Source: a virus (Duplodnaviria > Caudoviricetes). From it: a DNA stretch of 59,990 nt. Below are positions 10,500-19,129 of this stretch, one piece after another (the stretch's first letter is position 1; every line of letters begins with the position of its first letter). The notes below the pieces were generated by a model. That model searched no databases. It saw only the letters and a program-made list of their open reading frames with translations, and was not told the origin of the DNA. Made by a program: the position numbers and the translations under genes. The stretch lies in IMG/VR virus record IMGVR_UViG_3300047095_000623, positions 1 to 59,990 of that record. One strand, 5' to 3'.

Positions 10500-10994
10500 A
10501 TGTCCAAGACCGCAAATCGCCCGCTCGCCCCAAAAGGAGGCAATGATATGGTACTCACCCCCGTTGATACCGCTTCGTTGATTATAAACCATTTCAAACC
10601 ATGTGGGAAAATCCTAGATCCTTGTAGGGGACAGGGCGCGTTTTCCAACCAACTTCCCAACTGTGATTGGTGTGAGATAACCCAAGGCGTGGATTTTTTC
10701 AAAGCTTCCGGTCATTGGGATTGGATAATCACCAATCCTCCATGGAGCAAGTTTAGAGATTTTTTAGTACATTCCATGGAAGTCTCCGACAACATTGTAT
10801 TTCTTTGTTTGATAAACGCCTGTTTTATGAAGGCGAGGCAGCGGGATCTAAAGGAACACAATTTTGGGATCGTTGAAATCCTCCATGTGGACACCCCTCC
10901 GAAACCTTGGCCCCAAGCGGGCTTTTCCCTTGGTGCTGTGTGGTTTAGAAAAAACTGGACGGGTTCCTGTTCTTTTAGCCACTCTGGGGGTTGA
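10500..10994 (+). CDS. DNA N6-adenine methyltransferase
   Basis: LDPCRGQGAF (motif I), IITNPPW (motif IV). Confidence 0.85.
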   Translation: MSKTANRPLAPKGGNDMVLTPVDTASLIINHFKPCGKILDPCRGQGAFSNQLPNCDWCEITQGVDFFKASGHWDWIITNPPWSKFRDFLVHSMEVSDNIVFLCLINACFMKARQRDLKEHNFGIVEILHVDTPPKPWPQAGFSLGAVWFRKNWTGSCSFSHSGG

Positions 10995-11018
10995 CATCTG
11001 AAAAAACCGTGCTAAGAT
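10991..11018 (+). promoter_or_regulatory. sigma70-type promoter, extended -10 (similar ones near 1448, 17111, 24927, 35774)
   Basis: TTGACA-N16-TAAGAT with TG at the extended -10 position, 8 nt before ATG. Confidence 0.65.
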
Positions 11019-11026
11019 ACTGAGGT

Positions 11027-11692
11027 ATGAAAAAAGATTACACACACATTGCGATGGTTGTTGACAGAAGCGGTTCCATGTCCTCTTGCTGGGAAGACGT
11101 GCTGGGCGGCTATAAACAACTGGTCATTGATAACAAGAAAGCTCCCGGTAAATGTACGTTCACCGTTGCGGCGTTCGACACCGAGTACGACACTCTGGAA
11201 GATTTCACCGATATTCAATCTGTCAACGAGACTCTAAAAGTTTCTCCGCGTGGAGGAACCGCTCTTTTAGACGCGATTGGCAAGACAATTACTCTTGTTG
11301 GAGAAAAACTGGCGAAATTGGCAGAAGATGAGCGTCCCGAAAAAGTGATGTTCGTCATTCAAACGGATGGTTATGAAAACGCCTCTAAAGAGTTCAAGAA
11401 AGATGCCATTAAGAAAATGATCACCGACCAGACGGAGATTTATAAGTGGGAGTTCATGTTCATCGGAGCATCTTTGGATGCGGTTCACGATGCCCAATCT
11501 TGGGGAATCCGAGATTGTAATACGAGCGTTTACAACACTAATAACTCAGCCAAAACGTTTAGTCTTGTCGGAGAAAAGATGACAAGATGTAGAGGGGTGG
11601 ATGTTGCTGCTTATTCTGCGGCTTGCTCGTTTACAGATGATGAGAAGAAAACCATGGCGGAATCAAAAAGTACTGCTACAGTTACTAAATAA
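11027..11692 (+). CDS. vWA domain protein
   Basis: MIDAS DRSGSM, GGTALLDAIG, IQTDGYEN. Confidence 0.9.
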   Translation: MKKDYTHIAMVVDRSGSMSSCWEDVLGGYKQLVIDNKKAPGKCTFTVAAFDTEYDTLEDFTDIQSVNETLKVSPRGGTALLDAIGKTITLVGEKLAKLAEDERPEKVMFVIQTDGYENASKEFKKDAIKKMITDQTEIYKWEFMFIGASLDAVHDAQSWGIRDCNTSVYNTNNSAKTFSLVGEKMTRCRGVDVAAYSAACSFTDDEKKTMAESKSTATVTK

Positions 11693-11910
11693 TAAGGCTT
11701 ACAATGCATTCCCAATCACAACGCGGCTATGATTCCAAAAATCCAGAGGATTTTTAGGGGGAACATTGTATTAAACACTAGGATACGATTGGAGCCTCCC
11801 CTAAAAACGGAGGTTCTCTTTATTTTAAGACATCACCAACCAAACTCGCGAGTTGGCTTCAAAAGCAAAAAACGTGCTAAAAACGTTGAATCTGTGAGAC
11901 AGGGGATTAA

Positions 11911-12606
11911 ATGCCCGTAATAAACGTAATGGAAAAAGTAAAATATACTAGATTTGAATATCGAGAAGAGTATCTTAAAAGTGAGGAATGGAAACTTTTA
12001 AGAGAAACGGTTATGTCCGCTGGCTGTGACTGTCAATGTTGCAAAATTAAAAAAGCTTCAGATGTTCATCATTTGGTTTACCGAAACATAGTTGACGTTA
12101 CAATAAATGACGTTATTCCAGTATGTAGGGAATGTCATACTTTTATACATCAGGCTATTGACGATGAATATATCTCACAAAACGCGTGGGAGTTTAAAAA
12201 AATAAAAGAGAAAACCCTTAATATTATAGGAGACGAGGATTATATCAGGTTTAGAAACTGGCTAACCTCCAAACATTCTTTAAGAGAAGATGAGATTTCC
12301 GAAATCAAAAAATTACAACCTTTTGTAATTAAGAAGATATCGGCACTGGTTAGAAAAAACATATGGTATGATGATTTAGTGGACAGAAAGTTTACTGGAA
12401 GACAGCTAATAAAAATTCGAAAAATAATACAAGTGGCCAACCATAGGAGACATAATAGCATTGATAGCGTTCCAAAACGTAGAGTGGCGTTTGTATATAA
12501 AAAGGTTCTTAGTCTTGAAGATGAACAGTTGAAAAAGTTTGATTACATTCCAGCACTATCAAAAACGGCGGGATTTAAAACTAGAAAAAGTATAAAAGAA
12601 GAATAA
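11911..12606 (+). CDS. HNH endonuclease
   Basis: YLKSEEWK..CQCC..DVHHLVY..VCRECH. Confidence 0.8.
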   Translation: MPVINVMEKVKYTRFEYREEYLKSEEWKLLRETVMSAGCDCQCCKIKKASDVHHLVYRNIVDVTINDVIPVCRECHTFIHQAIDDEYISQNAWEFKKIKEKTLNIIGDEDYIRFRNWLTSKHSLREDEISEIKKLQPFVIKKISALVRKNIWYDDLVDRKFTGRQLIKIRKIIQVANHRRHNSIDSVPKRRVAFVYKKVLSLEDEQLKKFDYIPALSKTAGFKTRKSIKEE

Positions 12607-12631
12607 ACACTAGGGCATGATCCTAGAAAAT

Positions 12632-12703
12632 GATCTCATGGTGAAGTGGTTATCACTCTGTCTTTTCACGGCAGCGTCCCCGGTTCAATCCCGGGTGGGA
12701 TTA
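12632..12703 (+). tRNA. tRNA-Glu(TTC)
   Basis: Cloverleaf; CTGTC-TTTTCAC-GGCAG; GGTTCAATCC. Confidence 0.9.
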
Positions 12704-12709
12704 CTTAAA

Positions 12710-12784
12710 AGCATAAAGGTGGTCGTAGGACCACACCCGTCGCTAAAAAGGCGGGAGAGACTAGTGCAGCTCTAGTTTATGCTA
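12710..12784 (+). ncRNA. tRNA-like cloverleaf RNA of undetermined identity
   Basis: AGCATAA/TTATGCT acceptor, 6-bp D stem GTGGTC/GACCAC, CCCGTC-GCTAAAAA-GGCGGG, ACTAG-TGCAGCT-CTAGT. Confidence 0.7.
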
Positions 12785-12790
12785 CTTAAA

Positions 12791-12862
12791 TGCAGGGAGA
12801 GTGCTGGTTCTCCGAGCGTCTCATAAGCGACTCTGACGAGGGTTCGATTCCCTCCTCTGCAA
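12791..12862 (+). tRNA. tRNA-Met(CAT), atypical
   Basis: TGCAGGG/CTCTGCA acceptor; CTCATAA loop; bulged anticodon stem; GAGGG-TTCGATT-CCCTC. Confidence 0.75.
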
Positions 12863-12932
12863 CTTATCCCCCGCCGCCTCTTAACAATGCGTAATTGCGG
12901 GGGTGTGTCTTTACAACAGGTTAAATAACATA

Positions 12933-13496
12933 GTGAAAACCTTTTTAGAATCATTTTACAAAACACAGGAATTACTACCAAGCACAACGTTTAATGATGT
13001 TCTAAACCTGAAACACATACTCGTATATAGATCGTCCGCGAGACCTGATAAAAGTGGTTACGAATCCGGCTCACACGCAGGAACAAAACAACAAGCCTTG
13101 ATACGAGCGGATTATATGCTCAACGACGATGAACAATATGAGAAGTATTATCTATACGAACTGGTTGTTGATATCGGGAAAGTATACCCAACTCTTCTTG
13201 AAGATAACGGACAAGACCATGGGTACGACTACTCCCTAGACTTATCCAGTAAATGTGATACGGCTTTTTACAAAAATACAGGCGAAGGGGATATAAGAAA
13301 CGAAAACCTATCGATCATAATCGTAAACCCAAAAAGCGTAATCTCCAGTAAAATGGTTGGAGAACTGACTAAGGAATACCTACTATCAATACAGAGTAAG
13401 CTTTATGAGAATAACAACAACAAAAACAGTAGACCCCTACTCATTTCAACCAATCATTCATCTCTTCAAAGACGGAGAACACTTTGTCAGTCTTAA
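12933..13496 (+). CDS. hypothetical late protein (possible ADP-ribosyltransferase-like fold)
   Basis: TAAATA-N5-GTG; VYRSS...GSHAGTKQQALIR. Confidence 0.5.
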   Translation: MKTFLESFYKTQELLPSTTFNDVLNLKHILVYRSSARPDKSGYESGSHAGTKQQALIRADYMLNDDEQYEKYYLYELVVDIGKVYPTLLEDNGQDHGYDYSLDLSSKCDTAFYKNTGEGDIRNENLSIIIVNPKSVISSKMVGELTKEYLLSIQSKLYENNNNKNSRPLLISTNHSSLQRRRTLCQS

Positions 13497-13677
13497 ATGG
13501 GAACTGATAGAAGATATAAAATACGCCGCCAAGATACACGGCTTCAACGCGCTTGATGAGATAGTGAATATATTACAAGACTCGTTAAAAGATCCGTCAT
13601 TAGATTCGGAATTGGTTACGGTTTTAACAGATTTAAAATGTGGGCTAGTATATGAAGAAAAGAACCAGAAGGTATAG
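13405..13677 (+). CDS. hypothetical protein
   Basis: ORF only. Confidence 0.45.
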   Translation: MRITTTKTVDPYSFQPIIHLFKDGEHFVSLKWELIEDIKYAAKIHGFNALDEIVNILQDSLKDPSLDSELVTVLTDLKCGLVYEEKNQKV

Positions 13678-13828
13678 AGAACATAACGCCTCCTTATTTG
13701 TAGCATCCACGCCATTGTAAACAATCCGAATGTAAGTTTTGGAACCGCTTGCGATGGATACATGAAATCCGATACAATGGAGGACGCTATCATAGAAGCC
13801 TTACAAGGATCACAACTAATATAATATA

Positions 13829-14155
13829 ATGAAACTAAATCAGTACCAAGACCAAGCAATACAGACGGCCATTTATGGCATAGGAAGCACGATAGTCTAT
13901 CCGACCCTAGGACTCGCAGGAGAAGCAGGAGAAGTAGCCAACAAGGTAAAGAAAGTTCTACGAGACAACAACGGGGTATTTACCGATGAAGTCAAGAAAG
14001 AACTGAAAAAAGAGATCGGTGACTGTCTTTGGTATATCGCCGCCCTATGTAGGGATATAGACTGTACCATGGAGGAAGTGGCGACACTCAATCTGGATAA
14101 GCTGAAGTCGAGAATGGAACGGAACACAATAGCAGGATCGGGGGATAATCGATAA
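13829..14155 (+). CDS. mazG: MazG-like nucleotide pyrophosphohydrolase
   Basis: LGLAGEAGEVANKVKK..KEIGDCLWY..NLDKLKSR. Confidence 0.9.
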   Translation: MKLNQYQDQAIQTAIYGIGSTIVYPTLGLAGEAGEVANKVKKVLRDNNGVFTDEVKKELKKEIGDCLWYIAALCRDIDCTMEEVATLNLDKLKSRMERNTIAGSGDNR

Positions 14156-14159
14156 TAAT

Positions 14160-14408
14160 ATGATAATTGCAACATACATAGTGATAGGGGTTATATTAGG
14201 ACTAGGATGGGAGGTTTATACCCGAGCTTATTGGGGAGATTCGGACCTCAAGGGGTTTGGAATGGTAATAGGGGCGGCTTGGCCAATAGCCGTTGTAGTA
14301 GGCACTGTAGTAGGTAGTATGTTTCTTCTCAATAAATTAGTTGATAGGTGGGTGACTAATATAAAACATGTTGAAAAGGCCCAAGAGTACAAACAATATA
14401 ATAGATAA
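14160..14408 (+). CDS. small membrane protein (tandem duplicate 1)
   Basis: Two hydrophobic segments; WEVY.R.Y, WP.A, KHVEKAQEYK shared with next ORF. Confidence 0.75.
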   Translation: MIIATYIVIGVILGLGWEVYTRAYWGDSDLKGFGMVIGAAWPIAVVVGTVVGSMFLLNKLVDRWVTNIKHVEKAQEYKQYNR

Positions 14409-14409
14409 T

Positions 14410-14661
14410 ATGATTAGCGTTACAACATACTTTATAGTAGGATTCATAATAGGAATGCTATGGGAAGTCTACATGCGGGTTTACCACGAAGACGAAGAGA
14501 TGGGAGGAACCGGAATACTAGTCGGCGGGGGGTGGCCAGTGGCGATTCTCGTAGCTGTGGTAGCGGGGTTCATTTATCTCCTTGATAAAGTGGTGGATAA
14601 ATGGGCGACCAACGTGAAACACGTGGAAAAAGCCCAAGAGTACAAGAAGTATAAAGTATGA
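14410..14661 (+). CDS. small membrane protein (tandem duplicate 2)
   Basis: Paralog of 14160..14408. Confidence 0.75.
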   Translation: MISVTTYFIVGFIIGMLWEVYMRVYHEDEEMGGTGILVGGGWPVAILVAVVAGFIYLLDKVVDKWATNVKHVEKAQEYKKYKV

Positions 14662-14746
14662 GCGGCAACGATGGTGGTGTTGCGGCAGACTGTAAATCTG
14701 CTCCCGGTGGGTAACATTGTCTGTTCGAATCAGACCTCATACACCA
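14656..14746 (+). tRNA. tRNA-Tyr(GTA)
   Basis: GCAGA-CTGTAAA-TCTGC, long variable arm, encoded CCA. Confidence 0.9.
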
Positions 14747-14775
14747 CACTTGGCCTTTAGTTATTAAATATTTAA

Positions 14776-15225
14776 ATGATTAAGTTCTTAGAGTATTTTC
14801 AACTATTGGAAGCGATTGGCTCCCATACTGAATCTTTCATCCCTAATTTTTTACAGGTATCTCCTAGTACATACGGATTTAAATCGTCCGTAAACGATCT
14901 TCCGAATGGTCGTCCGTATGGATTCTGGATAGATAAACATGGAAACTTCGTCCCGGTTGGACCTTATGGACACGCTCCCTTTGGTTATAAATGCATCGAA
15001 CAATATAATAACACGGTAACACCCGGAACGGGTATACCGATTTATGAAGAAGATCATGACAATATTATGGATTTTCTGTTTAAAGCCGGATGGGTGAGAG
15101 TTTTAATAGGAAGCAACACCATCTATACCTCTGGAAAATTCAAAACAAACGCACAGTCCAAAATCGTAAACATTATGAAAGAAATGTACGACTTGCCGGA
15201 AGAAAACTGGTGGACGTATAAATAA
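14776..15225 (+). CDS. hypothetical late protein, YGFW.DKHG family
   Basis: TAAATA-N5-ATG; PYGFWIDKHGNFVPV shared with 27522..27926. Confidence 0.75.
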   Translation: MIKFLEYFQLLEAIGSHTESFIPNFLQVSPSTYGFKSSVNDLPNGRPYGFWIDKHGNFVPVGPYGHAPFGYKCIEQYNNTVTPGTGIPIYEEDHDNIMDFLFKAGWVRVLIGSNTIYTSGKFKTNAQSKIVNIMKEMYDLPEENWWTYK

Positions 15226-15237
15226 AGACAACATTCT

Positions 15238-15639
15238 ATGGAAAACACGTAGGTAGCAGATGCCAAAACATCTGTAAAAAAAGATGGCGCATTCCTCAGT
15301 GGATTGCGGGTTAGAGTGAAGGAACTGGCTCAAGAAGCTACGTTCATAAGACACGAAGAGAACAAGATAAAGTCGAAGCGCAAGATTACTTGGTGTGACG
15401 GCGAGTTTTGGGATCTTCGAAAACACAGGATCTATGATGTGAGGAATGCCGCGAGAGCAGCACAACTTGCGTACGGATTCTTGAGAGGGGTTCCTTACAG
15501 GAAAATCGAGCCAAAAACCAACTTTATCCTTCCATATTACTGGAACGTAATAGAGAAAGAGATAAAAAGATTGGCTAAAAAATTCGGCAACAACGTCAAC
15601 TTCGACGAGGAGATTGATGCGTGGCTGAAAGAGTGTTGA
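15238..15639 (+). CDS. hypothetical protein with in-frame TAG at codon 5 (amber readthrough candidate)
   Basis: ATG GAA AAC ACG TAG GTA GCA... continues without stop into the 15304..15639 ORF. Confidence 0.65.
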
Positions 15640-15672
15640 TAAACACTAGGATATGATTCGTCATATCCGAAA

Positions 15673-15743
15673 GGGCAGGTCGTCTAGTGATAAGACAACG
15701 ATCTCTAAAATCGTTTACGCGGGTTTAATCCCCGCCCTGCCCA
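15673..15743 (+). tRNA. amber suppressor tRNA (CTA)
   Basis: GGGCAGG/CCTGCCC acceptor; ACGAT-CTCTAAA-ATCGT; anticodon CTA at 15705-15707. Confidence 0.88.
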
Positions 15744-15754
15744 CCTTTTAACAA

Positions 15755-15826
15755 TCCCAAGTAGCTCCAACGCAGAGCGGGTGCCTGTTAAGCACTAGGA
15801 TGTTGGTTCAAGTCCAACTTTGGGAG
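15755..15826 (+). tRNA. tRNA-Asn(GTT)
   Basis: GGTGC-CTGTTAA-GCACT. Confidence 0.9.
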
Positions 15827-15831
15827 CAAAT

Positions 15832-15906
15832 CTATTACAGGCTGACTGGTGAAGCGCTTGCTTTGGGAGCAAGATGAGTTGAGTCCGATTCTCAAGTAAT
15901 AGACCA
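15832..15906 (+). tRNA. tRNA-Pro(TGG)
   Basis: CTTGC-TTTGGGA-GCAAG; CCA encoded. Confidence 0.88.
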
Positions 15907-15914
15907 AACTTTAT

Positions 15915-16517
15915 ATGACAAAGAAAGAATATGAATTAAGATTACAGACAAAAGAATGGAAAGAATTCTCCAATTCTTGTAAACTTAAAATGGATAATCG
16001 TTGTCAAATGTGCGGGCATCAAACGTTTGACAATAGCAAGTTACACCTTCACCATATGAGCTACTCGTTAGTTGATGAGGAGAATGAATACAAGGTTTTG
16101 ATTTTGTTGTGTGAAGATTGTCATGAGACTTTTCATAAAAACTCTAAAGCCGCTACTAAATCTTGTGATAGAAACTACCTTCAATTACACTTAGCAAAAG
16201 TTTTAATGAGAGCTGGTAGGGACGTATCTTATTTTCTAGATTCTGGAAGTTCTTTGAATTTGAAATGGGAACTCTTTCCGTTAAAACTTAAAGGGGTCCA
16301 AAAGCCATACGAAGAAAAAAAGTTAGAGGCTAGTAACTGGACCCCCGAAAAAGTTAAAAGAGATTTGGTGTTTATCAATAGGATATTGGACGGAGAGACC
16401 ATTCCCGATGAAATTATTATAGAGACTCTAGGAATTCCCGACTATCCAAGACCTAAAAAATGGAGAAAAAAACTTTTAAAACATCTTACGAACTATTCTT
16501 ACAAATACAGATTATAA
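15915..16517 (+). CDS. HNH endonuclease
   Basis: LQTKEWK..RCQMCG..LHLHHMSY..LCEDCH. Confidence 0.8.
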   Translation: MTKKEYELRLQTKEWKEFSNSCKLKMDNRCQMCGHQTFDNSKLHLHHMSYSLVDEENEYKVLILLCEDCHETFHKNSKAATKSCDRNYLQLHLAKVLMRAGRDVSYFLDSGSSLNLKWELFPLKLKGVQKPYEEKKLEASNWTPEKVKRDLVFINRILDGETIPDEIIIETLGIPDYPRPKKWRKKLLKHLTNYSYKYRL

Positions 16518-16534
16518 ACTAGACTCAACAACAA

Positions 16535-16606
16535 CGGGGCAATGGTTAGATAGCGAACCTCCAGACTTTTAATCTGGCAAGGAAGGTGCATGTCCTTCTG
16601 CCCTGA
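16535..16606 (+). tRNA. tRNA-Lys(TTT), atypical T loop
   Basis: CCAGA-CTTTTAA-TCTGG; GAAGG-TGCATGT-CCTTC. Confidence 0.8.
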
Positions 16607-16609
16607 CTT

Positions 16610-16894
16610 ATGAATGAAGAAAAATTATTATGTAGCATATTTGGCGAAGAGTATGTTCCAGACGGAACCGAAAACAAGTTCGTTCCCGCTAATTTGGTTT
16701 GGGGATGGTGTAGGATGTGTGGGGCGTATCTAAAGTGTCCCAAGTGCGGCAACAACCTTTGTAACGGCGGGTATGGAACATTAGACGAAGAACGTAAAGT
16801 TCCCTGTGATTTATGTACCCATATGTATGAACTACAGGACTTTTACGACCAAACTAAACAATACCCTAAGAAAGAGGACTTTATAAAGGTTTAA
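16610..16894 (+). CDS. small Cys-rich (Zn-binding) protein
   Basis: CRMC, CPKC, CDLC. Confidence 0.6.
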   Translation: MNEEKLLCSIFGEEYVPDGTENKFVPANLVWGWCRMCGAYLKCPKCGNNLCNGGYGTLDEERKVPCDLCTHMYELQDFYDQTKQYPKKEDFIKV

Positions 16895-16898
16895 AGCG

Positions 16899-17114
16899 AT
16901 GTACGTTAAAGACATATTCCCGACCCTGACTATACTAGAGAACCTGCAACTAGCCAACTCATGTGATTTTGACGACGAGTCCTTATCAGCTCTTTTTAAT
17001 GGGTGGTGTAATCTGGGGTTCAACACAGAGTTTAATATAGTCACTGTTAAAGCCGGGGAATTGTCCGGTGGGGAAAAACGATTGCTGATGAACCTGATGA
17101 CTTTTATAGCTTGA
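16899..17114 (+). CDS. hypothetical protein
   Basis: ORF in operon context. Confidence 0.45.
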   Translation: MYVKDIFPTLTILENLQLANSCDFDDESLSALFNGWCNLGFNTEFNIVTVKAGELSGGEKRLLMNLMTFIA

Positions 17115-17152
17115 CAAACCGATTTTAGATGATATAGTCAAGACTCAACAAC

Positions 17153-17223
17153 GCGCTGGAAGTGTTATGGTAGCACATCGGATTTCCACTCCGGGGGCGA
17201 GGTTTCGAATACCTCTCGGCGCA
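17153..17223 (+). tRNA. tRNA-Gly(TCC)
   Basis: TCGGA-TTTCCAC-TCCGG; TTGACA-N16-TATAGT promoter at 17111. Confidence 0.9.
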
Positions 17224-17358
17224 CTGAAAATATATATGACAATAGAACTAAACACAATAATGATTCCCATAATCCTAACCCTTGTCTTATTGGGGTGTTT
17301 GGAACGAATCTTGGTAATCAGGTTAGATAATCGTAATAATAACTAAATATATATTCTC

Positions 17359-17429
17359 GCTCCGTTAGTTTAGCGGTAGAACACTCCCTTTGTACGGTAG
17401 AAATGTGGGTTCAATTCCTACACGGAGCT
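17359..17429 (+). tRNA. tRNA-Thr(TGT)
   Basis: CTCCC-TTTGTAC-GGTAG; GCTCCGT/ACGGAGC. Confidence 0.85.
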
Positions 17430-17435
17430 TTTAAA

Positions 17436-17510
17436 TGACCTGTAGCAAAGCAGTATAATGCAACCCGGTTGATAGCCGGGTGATCATCAGTGCGAATCTG
17501 ATCAGGTCAA
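17436..17510 (+). tRNA. tRNA-Ile(GAT)
   Basis: CCCGG-TTGATAG-CCGGG; TGACCTG/CAGGTCA. Confidence 0.85.
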
Positions 17511-17530
17511 CTACTAAAACAAGCAAGATT

Positions 17531-17893
17531 ATGAGCATAAAAAAGAAACTACAAATCCTACTTAGATATTATGACAATAGTAGGCAGTCTGGTCATACTC
17601 ACACGATGATACATGGTGTGAAAAATAACGATAACCCTGTTATCGTAGTAACCCACAATTTGGATATGGAAAAACATATCAAAACATATATTGGAGACAA
17701 GAAGGTTATTATAATTCCCATTGATTTTATCGATAAGGAGTTAGTTTTTAGAAAAGACACTCCTATGGTATTTGACAACGCGGCGTTATGGGTGTTGCTT
17801 CGCGATGCCGCCCGCCAAATAGAAGTTTTGGAAGACGATCTTCAAATATACAGCGACAAACTACAGGACATAGCAGATGTATTAAACAGATGA
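17531..17893 (+). CDS. hypothetical protein (degenerate P-loop-like SRQSGHT)
   Basis: ORF. Confidence 0.55.
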   Translation: MSIKKKLQILLRYYDNSRQSGHTHTMIHGVKNNDNPVIVVTHNLDMEKHIKTYIGDKKVIIIPIDFIDKELVFRKDTPMVFDNAALWVLLRDAARQIEVLEDDLQIYSDKLQDIADVLNR

Positions 17894-18144
17894 CCTCCCC
17901 GGATTGGAGCAGCGTGGAAAACGTTAAAAAATACTTTAAAGCTTTGTGCCTAGAATGGGACATGAAGCCTTCTGAGCTATATCCGATTCTTAGATACATG
18001 CTAACCGGAAAGACCTCTGGTCTGGATTTGATGAGTGGAATACATCTCCTTGGATACGAGGAATGTAATAGAAGGATTGTTAGTTTTATACAACACTTGA
18101 ATAATGAGTGTAGTAAAAATGAGCGCGATCAAACGGGACATTAG
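17890..18144 (+). CDS. stand-alone GluRS anticodon-binding-domain-like protein
   Basis: MKPSELYPILRYMLTGKTSGLDLMSGIHLLGYEECNRRI matches the GluRS/class I LysRS C-terminal pattern K...L..PLR.ALTG...GP.L...L.LLG.E....RL. Confidence 0.65.
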   Translation: MTSPDWSSVENVKKYFKALCLEWDMKPSELYPILRYMLTGKTSGLDLMSGIHLLGYEECNRRIVSFIQHLNNECSKNERDQTGH

Positions 18145-18173
18145 TAGAGTGGATATAACATCTTTAAAGATAA

Positions 18174-18245
18174 GGCGGGTTAGTGTAAAGGATAACACCC
18201 CAGATTACGAATCTGGTAATTTCTGTTCAAGTCAGAAACTCGTCA
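18174..18245 (+). tRNA. tRNA-Arg(ACG)
   Basis: CCAGA-TTACGAA-TCTGG. Confidence 0.88.
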
Positions 18246-18311
18246 TAGTTAAACACTAGGATAACATGACAATATGAGCGCGAGCCATGGAAACATAATA
18301 AGCTACAAAAC

Positions 18312-18938
18312 ATGAATATGAATATGAATACAGATACAACTAGAAGAAACATTATCAGAACCGGACTTTTATCGGGACTAGGGTTACTTTATCCCTCATA
18401 CGGAAAAAATGAAGAACCCCCGTCTACAGGGGAAGTCTCTAAAATTGTCAACGATTCGTTCCTTAAACACATTTTGACGTTTGAATCCTTTTTCAGAGTG
18501 GCCAACGGGTTTAACATAAATAGCGCCCAACAAACCATGTATGATTATTATCAACGTTACAAATCATTAGAAGGAAACACGACGATTATTAGTAGACAAG
18601 ATAATATGATAACCTTTATGTTGACGTTAAAGATGTATGAACTAGCAGTCAATCATAAAAGTGTTCAGCTGGTAACTCGACCCGAACACAACCCACATTA
18701 TAATAATATGATAAACGTTCAAAAAAGCAACTTATATGATTGTGGATTTATTATAGACTATGTTGCCCCGGGTTATATATGTTATACGCTTGACGAGACT
18801 TGTCACATAAATTATATAGGAAAGGAGATTCCTGATTTACTACTATTAGATTATTATTCAGCCGGTAACGATGTGTATAAACATTTGAAAAAGGTACAAT
18901 ATATGAATTGTTTATTCGTAATTGGGTCTCTTGAATAA
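18312..18938 (+). CDS. hypothetical protein with twin-arginine-like N-terminus
   Basis: TTRRNIIRTGLLSGLGLL. Confidence 0.55.
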   Translation: MNMNMNTDTTRRNIIRTGLLSGLGLLYPSYGKNEEPPSTGEVSKIVNDSFLKHILTFESFFRVANGFNINSAQQTMYDYYQRYKSLEGNTTIISRQDNMITFMLTLKMYELAVNHKSVQLVTRPEHNPHYNNMINVQKSNLYDCGFIIDYVAPGYICYTLDETCHINYIGKEIPDLLLLDYYSAGNDVYKHLKKVQYMNCLFVIGSLE

Positions 18939-18944
18939 CATATT

Positions 18945-19028
18945 GGGACGGTGGTGAAATTGGTATCCACAACAGACTTAGAATCTGTCGCCGTAAAAAG
19001 CATGAGAGTTCGAGTCTCTCCCGTCCCA
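18945..19028 (+). tRNA. tRNA-Leu(TAG)
   Basis: ACAGA-CTTAGAA-TCTGT; long variable arm. Confidence 0.92.
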
Positions 19029-19129
19029 CTTACCCAACCTAGCATATATAGTAATGCCGAAGATTGAAGATCTTCAGAAGACGATGCGAGCGCGTTAGTT
19101 GGGACTTACGAAAATTAAGTAATTGTTTT

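Noticed and set aside
11704-11880. Second amber-readthrough ORF (two in-frame TAGs)
   Set aside because: No recognisable product; contains a promoter box and hairpin; likely chance
15673-15743. Pyrrolysine tRNA
   Set aside because: Has a 5-bp anticodon stem, 4-nt variable loop and normal-sized D loop; no pyl genes seen
18751-19045. Minus-strand ORFs over tRNA-Leu
   Set aside because: Antisense to a tRNA gene; spurious
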